This document shows positions 19,280 through 28,854 of a stretch of 64,000 bases of DNA, in pieces. Within the stretch, counting starts at the first letter, position 1. Each line of letters begins with the position of its first letter. Position numbers and translations under genes: made by a program. Origin of the DNA: Planctomycetota bacterium (GTDB lineage Bacteria > Planctomycetota > Phycisphaerae > UBA1845); contig JBBTCJ010000013.1 in NCBI GenBank assembly GCA_038043285.1, positions 17,852-81,851 of the forward strand, given 5' to 3'. The notes below the pieces were generated by a model that saw nothing but the letters and a program-made list of their open reading frames with translations, was not told the DNA's origin and searched no databases.

Positions 19280-21347
19280 CGGTCAATGCCGCCGTTCCGT
19301 GAGATTCCACCTCGAATCCGCGTACGATTTCGTTGTAGGAGAGGACCGCCGCGGTCGGCAATTGAACCTCGATCATCCGCCGCACCCACGCGCGAACCTG
19401 CGGGGCAGTGAGGATGACCGGTGATTTGCCGCGTATCTGAGTCGTTGCGCGCTCGACGACGGTGCGGATCGCCTGGACGATCTTGCTCTGCACCGGCGGC
19501 GGGATGGTCATGGTCGTGCCCTGCTCCGTTCTCTCAATGCCCTTGATGAGCACTTGCTCCAGCCCCGGATCGAGGGTGATGCAGTGGATCCGCCCGTCAT
19601 CGGCCTTGTGCTGATGGCACAGAGTCCGGGCCAGCGCGTTGCGGGCATACTCAGCCAAGATCTCGGTATCCTTGGTCCGCGGCGCGAGGTCGGCCACCGT
19701 CTCAAGGATCACTTCCAGGTCGCGGATGGGAACGCGCTCGCGCAACAGCGCCTGCAGCACGCGCTGAATCTCGCCCGGCTTGAGGACGTTGGGAACGATC
19801 TCCTCGACAAGCTTCGGGGCGCGCTCCTTGAGGTTGTCGATGAGCCGATTGACTTCCTGCCGCGTCAGCAGCTCTTCGGCGTGTCGGCGGACCAGTTCGG
19901 TGAGGTAGGTGCTGACGACTGTGGAGCAATCAACGACGGTGTAGTTGCGCTGTTCGGCGAGATGGCGCGCGGACTCATCCACCCATACCGCGGGCAACCC
20001 GAACGCCGGCTCCTTCGTTTCCACGCCTCCGACGCGCTCGGCGACCGAACCGGTGTCGATGGCCAGAAGGTGTCCGGGCAACACCTCGCCCTTTCCGATC
20101 TGCAAGCCCTTGAGCTTGACGCAGAAGTCGTTGGGCTGCAACTGCACGTCGTCGCGGATGCGGATCGGCGGAACGATGATGCCGATCTCCTGCGCCACCT
20201 GCTTGCGGAGGTTGGTGATGCGGTCGAGGAGATCGCCGCCCTGCTTGCGATCGACCAGCCGAACCAGACCGTACCCGACGTTGAGTTCCATGGGGTCCGG
20301 CGCGAGGTGCTTCTCGACGCGTTCGACGGGGGGCTTGGCCTTCGCCGCCGATGCCTGGGCGAGAACCACTTGCTGGCGTCGATTCAGAAGATAAGACATG
20401 CCGACCGCCGAACCGGCCAGGAGCACAATCGGCGGCTTGGGCAGCGGCGTGACCGCAAGCACCAACAAGAAACCCGCGGTCAAAATCAGAGCGACGGGCT
20501 GACTGGTCAATTGCCCCAGCAACTCCTCGCCCAAATTGGTTTTCGAGGCCGAACGGGTCACCAGCATGGCGGCAGCGACCGACACCACGAAGGCGGGAAT
20601 CTGCGACACCAGTCCATCGCCGATGGTCAGGATGGTGAACCGCCGCAAGGTTTCCGGCAGGGACAAATTCATCTGGACCATGCCGACAATCACGCCGCCG
20701 AGGATGTTGATCAGCGTGATGATGATCCCGGCGATGGCGTCGCCGCGGACGAACTTGCTGGCGCCGTCCATGGCCCCGTAGAAATCCGCTTCGCGGGTGA
20801 TCTCGGAACGGCGGCGCTTGGCTTCCTCGTCGGTGATGCTTCCGGCGTTGAGATCGGCGTCGACGGCCATCTGCTTTCCGGGCATGCCGTCCAGGGTGAA
20901 GCGGGCAGCCACTTCGGCGATGCGGGTGGCGCCCTTGGTGATGACCACGAATTGGATGATCACAATGATCGCGAAGATGACCGCCGCGACTGCGAGCGAT
21001 CCTTGGGCAACGAATCCGCCGAAGGTCGCCACCACTTGTCCAGCATTGCCCTGCGTCAATACCAGCCTCGTCGTGGCCACGTTAAGCACCAGACGGAACA
21101 GCGTAAGTCCCAAAAGCAGCGAAGGGAACGACGAAAACTGCAATGGGCCGTCAATGTACATGACCGTCAGCAACACCACGCCGGAGAGGGTGATGCTGAT
21201 CATCAGCAGGAAGTCCATGACCGGCGTAGGCAGCGGAATGAGGATGACCACGATCAAACCCAGCGCGGCCATCGGAAGGATCGCCCCGCGATATTTCGCG
21301 ATCAGCGACGACAGGCCCTTCACTTGTTGAACGTAGGGCAAGGGCAT
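19269..21347 (-). CDS. flhA: Flagellar type III export gate protein FlhA
   Basis: 692 aa. ARFTLDGMPGKQMAVDADLNAG, FYGAMDGASKFVRGDAIAG, and a C-terminal cytoplasmic domain. Confidence 0.97.
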   Translation of the reverse strand: MPLPYVQQVKGLSSLIAKYRGAILPMAALGLIVVILIPLPTPVMDFLLMISITLSGVVLLTVMYIDGPLQFSSFPSLLLGLTLFRLVLNVATTRLVLTQGNAGQVVATFGGFVAQGSLAVAAVIFAIIVIIQFVVITKGATRIAEVAARFTLDGMPGKQMAVDADLNAGSITDEEAKRRRSEITREADFYGAMDGASKFVRGDAIAGIIITLINILGGVIVGMVQMNLSLPETLRRFTILTIGDGLVSQIPAFVVSVAAAMLVTRSASKTNLGEELLGQLTSQPVALILTAGFLLVLAVTPLPKPPIVLLAGSAVGMSYLLNRRQQVVLAQASAAKAKPPVERVEKHLAPDPMELNVGYGLVRLVDRKQGGDLLDRITNLRKQVAQEIGIIVPPIRIRDDVQLQPNDFCVKLKGLQIGKGEVLPGHLLAIDTGSVAERVGGVETKEPAFGLPAVWVDESARHLAEQRNYTVVDCSTVVSTYLTELVRRHAEELLTRQEVNRLIDNLKERAPKLVEEIVPNVLKPGEIQRVLQALLRERVPIRDLEVILETVADLAPRTKDTEILAEYARNALARTLCHQHKADDGRIHCITLDPGLEQVLIKGIERTEQGTTMTIPPPVQSKIVQAIRTVVERATTQIRGKSPVILTAPQVRAWVRRMIEVQLPTAAVLSYNEIVRGFEVESHGTAALTDES

Positions 21348-21353
21348 CGGCGA

Positions 21354-22445
21354 CTACACTCCCACCAGTTCACGTCGCGCAGAAAGCGGCGAGCGACCGG
21401 TCAACTCGTAGACGTAAGCCAGAATCTCCGCGATCGCCTGATAGAATCGTTCCGGGACGTATTGCCCGACGTCGACGGCGTCGAACAGCGCCCGAGCCAG
21501 CGGACGGCGCTCGACGATCGGAATCCCGTGCTTGGCGGCAATCTGGCGAATGCGCAGGGCCGCGTAATCGGCGCCCTTGGCCACCACTTTCGGCGCGACC
21601 ATGCTGTCGGAATCGTAGCGGATGGCGATGGCCAGGTGCGTCGGGTTGGTCACCACCACGTCAGCCTTGGGAACGTCCTTACGGAGCCGCTGGATGGCAA
21701 GCTGCAGTTGAAGCTGGCGGCGGCGGCGCTTGACGGCGGGATCGCCCTCCATGCTCCGCAGCTCGTCCTTGACCTCCTCCTTGGTCATTCGCAGGTCGCG
21801 CTCGTGCCGATAGCGCTGCCAGGCGTAGTCCAACAGCGCCAGCACGAGAATGGCGGCGCACAGCTGGATGCCCAGTTCGGCGACCAGCGTCCCGCCCAGG
21901 CGAACGACGTCGTGAAAGTCCAGGGTCGGCGAGAACAGCACGGCTGCCGCGGAGGCGTGGATCGACACAAACGCGACGGACGCGACGACCAGGAACTTGG
22001 CGAGGTTCAACGTCGCGGACATGAGCGAGCGCACGGAGAAAAGGCGCTGCAGCCCGCTGAGCGGGTTGATCTTCGCCAGGCTCGGCGTCACCGGATGCCA
22101 GGTCAGCAACGGACCAACCTGAGCGTAGAGCACCAGAACGACGACGCCAACGATGACCAAAAGGAGCGGACCGAGGCGACGAACGATCTCCCAGCCGATC
22201 GCCTCGCTTAAGGGCCGCAGCCCGGCCACGTCGGTCCATCCTCCATCGCTGTCAAGCGAAACGCCGACGATGGCGATCAGGCTTTGCCACAGGTCAGGCC
22301 CCAGGAAACGCAAGGCCGCAAAGCCGCTCAGCAAAAGGACCGCCGAGGTAAGATCCTGGCTTCGCGCGACCTGCCCCTTGGCGCGGGCTTCCATGCGTCG
22401 TCGCGGGGTAGCTGGTTCCGTCCTGTCTTCATACCCTGCCGGCAC
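21354..22445 (-). CDS. flhB: Flagellar export switch protein FlhB
   Basis: N-terminal EDRTEPATPRRRMEARAKGQVARSQDL. Autocleavage site VVVTNPTHLAIAIRY. Confidence 0.95.
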   Translation of the reverse strand: MPAGYEDRTEPATPRRRMEARAKGQVARSQDLTSAVLLLSGFAALRFLGPDLWQSLIAIVGVSLDSDGGWTDVAGLRPLSEAIGWEIVRRLGPLLLVIVGVVVLVLYAQVGPLLTWHPVTPSLAKINPLSGLQRLFSVRSLMSATLNLAKFLVVASVAFVSIHASAAAVLFSPTLDFHDVVRLGGTLVAELGIQLCAAILVLALLDYAWQRYRHERDLRMTKEEVKDELRSMEGDPAVKRRRRQLQLQLAIQRLRKDVPKADVVVTNPTHLAIAIRYDSDSMVAPKVVAKGADYAALRIRQIAAKHGIPIVERRPLARALFDAVDVGQYVPERFYQAIAEILAYVYELTGRSPLSARRELVGV

Positions 22446-22446
22446 G

Positions 22447-23241
22447 TCAAGCTCCTCGGGTTAACTCTTCCAAGCCGAACGTCGCGCGAATGGCGTCCAA
22501 TCCATCCCAAATGCCCCGCAGCACGACAGGTTGCGACGCGTACAACGTCAGCGCCGCAACGCCCAGCCCAACGAATGCCCGAACGGTGAACCCCACCGAA
22601 AGCACGTTGAGTTGCGGAACGGTACGCGACACCACGCCCAAGGCCGCCTCGGTAAGGAACAATGCAATCACCACCGGCGCGGCCACGCGGACGCCGATCA
22701 CGAACGCGCTCAACGTCGTCTCGACCAGTAGGAGCAGAATCGGCTCGCCCGCTTCATACTTCAAGACCGGAACCGCCTTGTAAGTATCCAGGAGCGCCGC
22801 GACCGCCTCGCGATGCCCGCCCGCGGACAAGAACAGCAACGTAAAGACCGCGGCATACACCTGTCCGATCACCGATGCCTCCGTCTGTTGCAGCGGATTG
22901 ATGACTTCACTGAGCGAGAGGCCGGCCTGCTGCGCGATCAGCGTACCGGCGACTTCGGCGCTGAGCATGAGCAACGACAGCGTCATTCCGATGGCAGCGC
23001 CGATCATGAACTCGTTCACCGCTCCGGCGAGCGTCAGCGCCAGCGGAGCGTTTTCCGGGGAGGCTTTGAACACGATCGGGAAGACCATGGTCGAAAGCAC
23101 CAGGGCGAAGGCCGCCCGAACGCGCACCGGGATCGCCGCGGACGCGAACACCGGACTCGTCGCCACCATCCCGGAGACGCGGAACAGCACCAGGGCGAAG
23201 GCAGGAAGCGCCGTCAGAATGTTCAACAACGGGTACGGCAT
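22447..23241 (-). CDS. fliR: Flagellar export apparatus protein FliR
   Basis: 264-aa polytopic membrane protein in the fliPQR-flhB position, with N-terminal FALVLFRVSGMVATSPVF. Confidence 0.9.
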   Translation of the reverse strand: MPYPLLNILTALPAFALVLFRVSGMVATSPVFASAAIPVRVRAAFALVLSTMVFPIVFKASPENAPLALTLAGAVNEFMIGAAIGMTLSLLMLSAEVAGTLIAQQAGLSLSEVINPLQQTEASVIGQVYAAVFTLLFLSAGGHREAVAALLDTYKAVPVLKYEAGEPILLLLVETTLSAFVIGVRVAAPVVIALFLTEAALGVVSRTVPQLNVLSVGFTVRAFVGLGVAALTLYASQPVVLRGIWDGLDAIRATFGLEELTRGA

Positions 23242-23286
23242 GAACCAACAGAACCTTTCCTCACGTCAACTCCACTGATCGATTGC

Positions 23287-23553
23287 TCACCACGGCGGCG
23301 AGCCGAGCAACTCCCGGGTGTACGCCACCATCTGCTCCGCGATCCACGGTATGAAGATCACGGCCGCCACCACCATCGCCGCGATCTTGGGCACGAACGT
23401 CAACGCCTGCTCCTGCAATTGCGTCACCGCCTGGAAGAAGGCGATCAACAAGCCGACGACCAGGCCAATCACCAGCACCGGTGCCGCGACCACCAGCGTG
23501 ATCCAAAACGCGTCCCGCCCTAATTCGATGGCCGTAGTCAGATCCATCGCCAT
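23287..23553 (-). CDS. fliQ: Flagellar export apparatus protein FliQ
   Basis: About 88 aa. GLLIAFFQAVTQLQEQALTFVPKI is the FliQ signature. Start at an internal ATG (MAMDLTT). Confidence 0.9.
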   Translation of the reverse strand: MAMDLTTAIELGRDAFWITLVVAAPVLVIGLVVGLLIAFFQAVTQLQEQALTFVPKIAAMVVAAVIFIPWIAEQMVAYTRELLGSPPW

Positions 23554-23691
23554 CCTCGCGCCGACGCGGGCGCTCGGTCCGCGGAACACCCGCACCGCAG
23601 CCGTGACGGGGCGCTACCAAGGACAACCAAGTCGCAGGATTCTCGACGTCCATCGCACGTCGTCAACATCGCGCCTACTCCGGCTGTTCCG

Positions 23692-24498
23692 CTAGGTGAA
23701 GCTGTACAACAACGTCTCGACCACCAGGCGCCACCCGTCCGCCAGCACGAACAGAAGCAGCTTGAACGGCAACGAGATCAACACCGGGGGAAGCATCATC
23801 ATGCCCATCGAAAGCAGGATCGTGGCGATCACCATGTCGATCACCAGGAAGGGCAGGTAGATTCGGAAGCCCATCACAAAGGCGGTCTTCAACTCACTCA
23901 GCATGAATGCCGGGATCATCACGGTCATCGGAACGGTCTCAATGTCGAGCTTCTCCTCGGAAGCGATTTCGCGATTCTCGGCATACTCCAGAAACAGGTA
24001 GACGTCCTCGTGATTGCCCGCCTGTTCGATCTGTCGGTACATGAAGTCCTTCAGGTGCGAGGCGGTGATCTCGATCGCGCGGGTCTGTCCGAGTTGATTG
24101 TTGAAATACGGCGTGATCGCCTCCGCCTGCACCTTGTGCCACGTCGGGGACATCACCAGTACGGTGATAAACAGGGACAGGGCCAGGAGAACCTGACCGG
24201 GCGGAAGTTGCGGCGCGCCGATCGCCTGGCGGAGCAGCGCAAGCACCACGATCACCCGGGGAAAGGAGGTCATCATCACCAGGATGGAAGGAATCAGCGT
24301 GAGGACCGTCAGCAGCACCAGGATCTGCAGACTCGCACTGACGCCCTTGGCGTCGGTCGCGGTCGGAAGAACCTTGGTCAGATCGGGAATGTTGGCCTGG
24401 TTGTCGAATGGGGAGGCGGAGGCGCCGGGGGTCTGCGCGCGGACCGAGCCTGCGCAGCACAACGACGCAATCGCGACGGTTGCGATCCATCGCGGCAT
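23692..24498 (-). CDS. fliP: Flagellar export apparatus protein FliP
   Basis: Signal peptide followed by LTLIPSILVMMTSFPRVIVVLALLRQAIG, ELKTAFVMGFRIYLPFLVIDMV. Confidence 0.95.
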   Translation of the reverse strand: MPRWIATVAIASLCCAGSVRAQTPGASASPFDNQANIPDLTKVLPTATDAKGVSASLQILVLLTVLTLIPSILVMMTSFPRVIVVLALLRQAIGAPQLPPGQVLLALSLFITVLVMSPTWHKVQAEAITPYFNNQLGQTRAIEITASHLKDFMYRQIEQAGNHEDVYLFLEYAENREIASEEKLDIETVPMTVMIPAFMLSELKTAFVMGFRIYLPFLVIDMVIATILLSMGMMMLPPVLISLPFKLLLFVLADGWRLVVETLLYSFT

Positions 24499-24638
24499 CG
24501 ACGAGCCTCCATGCCCCGTGTACGGCGCCGCTCCACGGCCCCGTCGATCCTCTCCGCCCCTTCACGCCGCAGGCAGCATCCGGCCCGCGTGGCGGAACTG
24601 AACGGATCGAACCACTGACTTAGACATTCTCGCCGCCC

Positions 24639-24723
24639 GTGCGGCATCGCCCTTCATGGGCAGCGCTTTCAGCAAAGCGCGGCGGACAACCCGCGACGCT
24701 GCACGAGAACGGATCTTGCTCTA
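24639..24723 (-). repeat. Family B structured repeat, copy 2 (directly after the fliO stop codon)
   Basis: gtgcggcatcgcccttcatgggcagcgctttcagcaaagcgcggcggacaacccgcgacgctgcac...cttgctcta. Outer stem has 2 mismatches. The inner stem gcgcttt/aaagcgc differs in sequence from copy 1 but still pairs. Confidence 0.75.
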
Positions 24724-25503
24724 GGCTGAACGGCGAAGCATCCGCAGACGCTCCAACAGCTCGGCCACCGGTCGACCCCTCCGCGAATCGCGAGTGGCAG
24801 CGTCGAACGCTCTCGCCTGATCCGTCAGCGCGCGCTCGAACCCGACAGACTCCCCCGGCGATGCGGTCCCGAAAAACGCTGATATCTCAGCTACCTCGTC
24901 AGGTTCAACCAATTCACAAATACGATCCACCCGCTGCGGCGAAAGCGCGAGCAGGACCATCCGGCGCCCGACCTGGACGAGCGCCAGGCTTTGTCGCGGT
25001 CCCAGACCGGACCGGGTGAGCACGCGCAGCGCGCGGTGGTCGGTCGGGCGAGCACCAGGGACCACCCGTCGCGCGGTCCAATAGGCGGCGCCGATCAAAC
25101 CCAGCACCATGGTCATGGATCCAAGGGGAGTCCGATACCAAGGCGTCTCCCCACCGCTTCCAAGCCCCGGCGTTTCCAGTTTCCGGTGAGCGCGACGCGA
25201 GGCCTGCCGCGACGACTCGGCGGAATCCGGCACCGGCGGGTGTTGTGCGTCCTGCAACTCCGTCCCGCGGATCGAGTCACCCAGCGCGGTCTGGTGCGGA
25301 ACATCATCGTGAGGATCCGCAGGCAGCTCGATCGTCTGGTTCGGCGCCACCTGATTGCCGCCGACCTGCGAAGGGGCATCGTCGGCCCAGGCGGGAGGAA
25401 CGGCTGTGCACAGGAAGGCAAGGCCGCCCAAGACCCGGATACGCATGCGATCGGGCGGGGTACGTTGACCACAAAAAAAGTTTCCGCGCGATCGCCGGTT
25501 CAT
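24721..25503 (-). CDS. fliO: FliO-like flagellar protein
   Basis: Sits between fliN and fliP. One TM (MVLGLIGAAYWTA) followed by LRVLTRSGLGPRQSLALVQVGRRMVLLALSPQRV, typical of FliO. Start overlaps the fliN stop (ATGA); an internal ATG (MRIRVLGG) is possible. Confidence 0.6.
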   Translation of the reverse strand: MNRRSRGNFFCGQRTPPDRMRIRVLGGLAFLCTAVPPAWADDAPSQVGGNQVAPNQTIELPADPHDDVPHQTALGDSIRGTELQDAQHPPVPDSAESSRQASRRAHRKLETPGLGSGGETPWYRTPLGSMTMVLGLIGAAYWTARRVVPGARPTDHRALRVLTRSGLGPRQSLALVQVGRRMVLLALSPQRVDRICELVEPDEVAEISAFFGTASPGESVGFERALTDQARAFDAATRDSRRGRPVAELLERLRMLRRSA

Positions 25504-26144
25504 TGCGTGATCCTGTGCGGGTCGTGCGAGAAGACTTCGCTGATGCGGACGCAGAAGGCATCATTGAGCACCAGCACCTCACCCCGGGCGATCAGGCGTT
25601 CGTTTGCGAAGACGTCGACTGGGTCGCCAGCGAGGCGGTCTAACTCGACAACGCTCCCGTCATCAAGCTTGAGCACGTCCTCGACGCGCATGCGCGTCCG
25701 CCCAAGCTCGATCTTTACGTTCAGACTGACATCCTTGAGCATCGTTACCCGCTTGGGGTCAACGCCTGCCGCGGAAAACCGTGTGAAATCGGGAAGCTCC
25801 GGAGACCGGACCGAGGCTGCGAAGGCCGGACCCCCTGCCGCGGAATTAGCGGCCCGCTCCTCCTCGATGGCCGCCTGCATGGCCGCCGCCACCTCGTCAA
25901 AGGGTCTGCCCAGGGAATCAAGGCGAGTATCAGGCGGTGATGGCCCAACGCCTCCCGATGACTCCGGCGGAGATTCCTCCCCGCCGGTCGCCGCCATCAG
26001 GGCGTCGATATCCGACTGCGATATGGCTCCAGCGTCTCCGCCGGATGGCGGATCCGGCGACGCCTGCCCGGCGGAACCGAGCAAGGCGTCGATGTCCGCC
26101 TGGCTGATGGCCTCTCCGGAACTTTGACCCGACGATTTCCCCAT
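25500..26144 (-). CDS. fliN: Flagellar motor switch protein FliN with two N-terminal CheY-P-docking-type motifs
   Basis: C-terminal SpoA/FliN domain: LKDVSLNVKIELGRTRMRVEDVLKLDDGSVVELDRLAGDPVDVFANERLIARGEVLVLND. N-terminus has ISQADIDALL (26079-26108) and ISQSDIDALM (25995-26024). Start at ATG 26142-26144. Confidence 0.9.
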   Translation of the reverse strand: MGKSSGQSSGEAISQADIDALLGSAGQASPDPPSGGDAGAISQSDIDALMAATGGEESPPESSGGVGPSPPDTRLDSLGRPFDEVAAAMQAAIEEERAANSAAGGPAFAASVRSPELPDFTRFSAAGVDPKRVTMLKDVSLNVKIELGRTRMRVEDVLKLDDGSVVELDRLAGDPVDVFANERLIARGEVLVLNDAFCVRISEVFSHDPHRITQ

Positions 26145-26238
26145 CGGTTTGTCGGTCACCTGCCCACGCCCATTCTCGACGAGCCCTCCATGGCTCGAAC
26201 CTGGGTCTATATCGGTGAAAGGATTAGCGACGCGACAC

Positions 26239-26832
26239 TCAAACGCCGGGACCGGACTGAAGGAAATCGGGAACCAGAACCTCCTTGATGAGGTTTTCTT
26301 CCCCAAGGACGCGATCCAGTTCTGCCTTCAATTTTCGCTTGATGGTGTCCAAACCTGGTTCTTTGAGATGTTGCGGTTCGGCCGCCCGTATGATGAAGTT
26401 CACCCGATCGTTGATCCTGGCCTGATTGGCCTTGACCAAGTTGGCCGCCTTTTCGGTGTCCGACTGTAGCACCAGTGCTGATACGTGGATCCGGAAAGTC
26501 ACCAACCTCCCGGTCATGGTGTTACTCGGCCGACAATCGGCGAGCTCGATTTCGGCCGTCGTGTGCCCATCGGCCTTTCCGCCCAGACCATGCTCGCCCC
26601 CCTTGCTCTCGCTGCCGTGCTCCTCGGAGGCTGACGCTTCGGCGTCGGCATGTTCTTCGCCGCCCTCCGCGGTCGCCGGGGGAGGCAAGAGGAGGGCTTT
26701 CGCCAAGACGAAAACGGCAACGCCTTCTCCGAGCATGAGCGAGCCGACGATGATGAGCGGCAGCTTGGAGCGTTTGGGCGGCTTGGCCGCGGCGTCAGGG
26801 GCAGGAGTTTGCTCTTTTTTGTCACCGGCCAT
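26239..26832 (-). CDS. fliL: Flagellar basal-body-associated protein FliL
   Basis: N-terminal TM LPLIIVGSLMLGEGVAVFVLA. C-terminal FliL pattern: RLVTFRIHVSALV, RINDRVNFIIRAAEPQHL, IKRKLKAELDRVLG. Confidence 0.85.
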   Translation of the reverse strand: MAGDKKEQTPAPDAAAKPPKRSKLPLIIVGSLMLGEGVAVFVLAKALLLPPPATAEGGEEHADAEASASEEHGSESKGGEHGLGGKADGHTTAEIELADCRPSNTMTGRLVTFRIHVSALVLQSDTEKAANLVKANQARINDRVNFIIRAAEPQHLKEPGLDTIKRKLKAELDRVLGEENLIKEVLVPDFLQSGPGV

Positions 26833-27613
26833 ATGGGGGTTCCTCTAGTTCGCTCGCCGGAACGCTGGCGTCGTCGCCCACTAGATCCTCCGTGACCACA
26901 ATCTCCACGCGACGGTTCAGGGCACGTCGCTCTTCCGTGTCCGCCTGCCGGACGTAAGGTTCCGAATCGCCGACAGCCGTCAGCAAGAACCGGCTGGGTT
27001 CGACTCCACCGGCCGTCAGTTCGTCAGCGACCGCCTTCGCGCGGGCGTAGGACAGATCCATCGCGTCCTTGAACGGCGCTCGCTCGGGAGGCGGCTCATG
27101 AGTCGCATGACCGCGTATGGATATCCGCGTCCGATATCCTCGAAGTCGCCCGGCGGTTTTCGCCAGCAGGTCGCGGGCCTCTGAACGCAATTCGGCACTG
27201 AATGGGTCGAACGTGAGTTTTCCGCTCAGGACCACCTGGAACCCGTTGGAGAGGCTGGTTACGCGAAGTTCTCGGTCCTCAAGCGTCGTGTCGTTGGATT
27301 CCCCGGGACTGTCGTTGTTGATCGGCGACGCGAGCTCGAGGATCCGTTGAACAAGCGGGTTCTTGCTTTCGTTGGCAGCGAGGAACGGTTGAGAACTACC
27401 GTCAAACCCACTGAACGCTCGTTTCAAAGACTCGGCGGTCCGTAGGAACCGGTCCTTCTTGATCTGGCCCATCGCCGTCATGGCGATGAAAACGCACAGC
27501 AAGAGGGACACCATATCCGCATAGGTCACGATCCACGCGGGCGCACCTTGCGGAGTGAGATCGCGTCGGGGATCAGCCCCGACGCTACCGGTCGTGAACG
27601 CGCGACGCGACAT
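26822..27613 (-). CDS. motB: Flagellar stator protein MotB (OmpA-like C-terminus)
   Basis: AWIVTYADMVSLLLCVFI (plug/TM segment with the conserved Asp). C-terminal OmpA-like: GHATHEP...LSYARAKAVADEL...NRRVEIVV. Confidence 0.85.
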   Translation of the reverse strand: MSRRAFTTGSVGADPRRDLTPQGAPAWIVTYADMVSLLLCVFIAMTAMGQIKKDRFLRTAESLKRAFSGFDGSSQPFLAANESKNPLVQRILELASPINNDSPGESNDTTLEDRELRVTSLSNGFQVVLSGKLTFDPFSAELRSEARDLLAKTAGRLRGYRTRISIRGHATHEPPPERAPFKDAMDLSYARAKAVADELTAGGVEPSRFLLTAVGDSEPYVRQADTEERRALNRRVEIVVTEDLVGDDASVPASELEEPPYGR

Positions 27614-27631
27614 GGGTCTGAATCCTCCGGG

Positions 27632-28480
27632 TTAGGCCGCCTTCTCCACCCTCATCGACCGCCGCATCCCCAAAGGAAGGAACGTGCTGAGCTTCTGCGC
27701 CACGATCCTCGGATTGTCTCCGGCCTGGATGGCGAGAACTCCGCGCACAACGATCATCTTCAAGAGAACCTCTTCCCTGCTTCGCCGTCCGAGTTTCTCC
27801 GCGATCGGCAGAGCGATGACGTTGGCGATCAGTGCCCCGTAGAGGGTCGTCAGCAAGGCGACGGCCATTGCCGGTCCGATCGACGCTGGATCTTGCAGGT
27901 TTTTGAGCATCACGACGAGTCCGACGAGCGTGCCGATCAATCCGAAGGACGGCGCGAATCGTCCGACGTTGTCGAACAGTGCCTTGCCGTCGGCGTGACG
28001 CGCCTCCAAGGCCTCGACATCGCTCATCATGACCGTTTCAATCATCTCCGGATCGGTTCCGTCGACGACCATCTGGATTCCCTGTTTGACGAACGGATCG
28101 ACGGTTTGTTCCGCGACTGCGTCCAGGGCAAGGACGCCCTCGCGGCGCGCAATCTGTGCCAGCCGAACCAACTCGGCGATCAATCCGCGGGGATCGTCGG
28201 CGCGAGTCAGAAAGCAATTCCCGAGCACCGCGGCCACGCCCAGAATGTTTTGCAGCGGAAAGCTGACCAGGGCCGCGCACACCGCGCCCCCGCCGACCAT
28301 CACCATCGACGCGAAGTCAATGAACGGCGCGAGGTCGGAAGCCATCAGGATCGACGCCAGCACCAAGACCACGCCGGCGCCCAGTCCGATGACCGTTCCG
28401 AAGTCAGTGCTTCGTGCCGGCTTCTTGCGCCTGGCGTGCCCGGTCTCCGTGCTCAACGCTGTCGATTCGTTCAGGTTCAT
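27632..28480 (-). CDS. motA: Flagellar stator protein MotA
   Basis: 282 aa, four TM segments. C-terminal MotA/TolQ/ExbB motif: FGLIGTLVGLVVML...GPAMAVALLTTLYGALIANVIALPIA. Confidence 0.85.
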   Translation of the reverse strand: MNLNESTALSTETGHARRKKPARSTDFGTVIGLGAGVVLVLASILMASDLAPFIDFASMVMVGGGAVCAALVSFPLQNILGVAAVLGNCFLTRADDPRGLIAELVRLAQIARREGVLALDAVAEQTVDPFVKQGIQMVVDGTDPEMIETVMMSDVEALEARHADGKALFDNVGRFAPSFGLIGTLVGLVVMLKNLQDPASIGPAMAVALLTTLYGALIANVIALPIAEKLGRRSREEVLLKMIVVRGVLAIQAGDNPRIVAQKLSTFLPLGMRRSMRVEKAA

Positions 28481-28656
28481 GGTTCAAACCGGCGTCCGTC
28501 CACTGCCGCCTGGCCCTCGGTTTCCCGGCGGACTCCCCTGCCGTGAGCGGCCCTCGCACAGGATTTACCCCCCGGATCGGCGAGCAGACCTTACGTCCAG
28601 AAAATCCCCTGACCCAACCCAGACTCCCACGGGATAGACGGGCTTCGGGATACCGG

Positions 28657-28854
28657 CTACACCACGTTGAACGCGCGAATCTGCCGGGCATAGTCGATCG
28701 CGCGACGTACCACTTCCTCCATCGATTCCCGGACGATCACGGTGTCGCCGTTGACCAACGTGACGATCGTGTCGGGGGTCGACTCAATCATCTTGATCAG
28801 CTCGGCGTTGATCACCATGACACGCTGGTCCAGGCGGGTCAAGGTGATCATCAC
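28657..28854 (-). CDS. flbD: Flagellar protein FlbD
   Basis: 65 aa. MITLTRLDQRVMVINAELIKMIESTPDTIVTLVNGDTVIVRES is the FlbD pattern. Located just upstream of motA, as in spirochaete and Firmicute clusters. Confidence 0.85.
   Translation of the reverse strand: MMITLTRLDQRVMVINAELIKMIESTPDTIVTLVNGDTVIVRESMEEVVRRAIDYARQIRAFNVV

Noticed and set aside
19554-22211. 885-aa ORF on the plus strand
   Set aside because: It lies fully antisense to flhA and flhB, whose products carry unmistakable motifs. Its translation is low-complexity and Arg/His/Asp/Gln-rich, typical of shadow ORFs in GC-rich DNA.
25995-26108. Short tandem DNA repeats here and in the Cys-repeat region (60200-60750), as possible CRISPR or VNTR arrays
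   Set aside because: The repeats are in-frame protein repeats (ISQxDIDAL motifs; GACC modules) with diverged DNA sequence. There is no repeat-spacer periodicity and no cas genes.
28540-28600. Possible sigma28 promoter upstream of motA (GCCGATCC on the coding strand)
   Set aside because: Only a partial -10 (GCCGAT) is present. No TAAA-type -35 lies at the required spacing.
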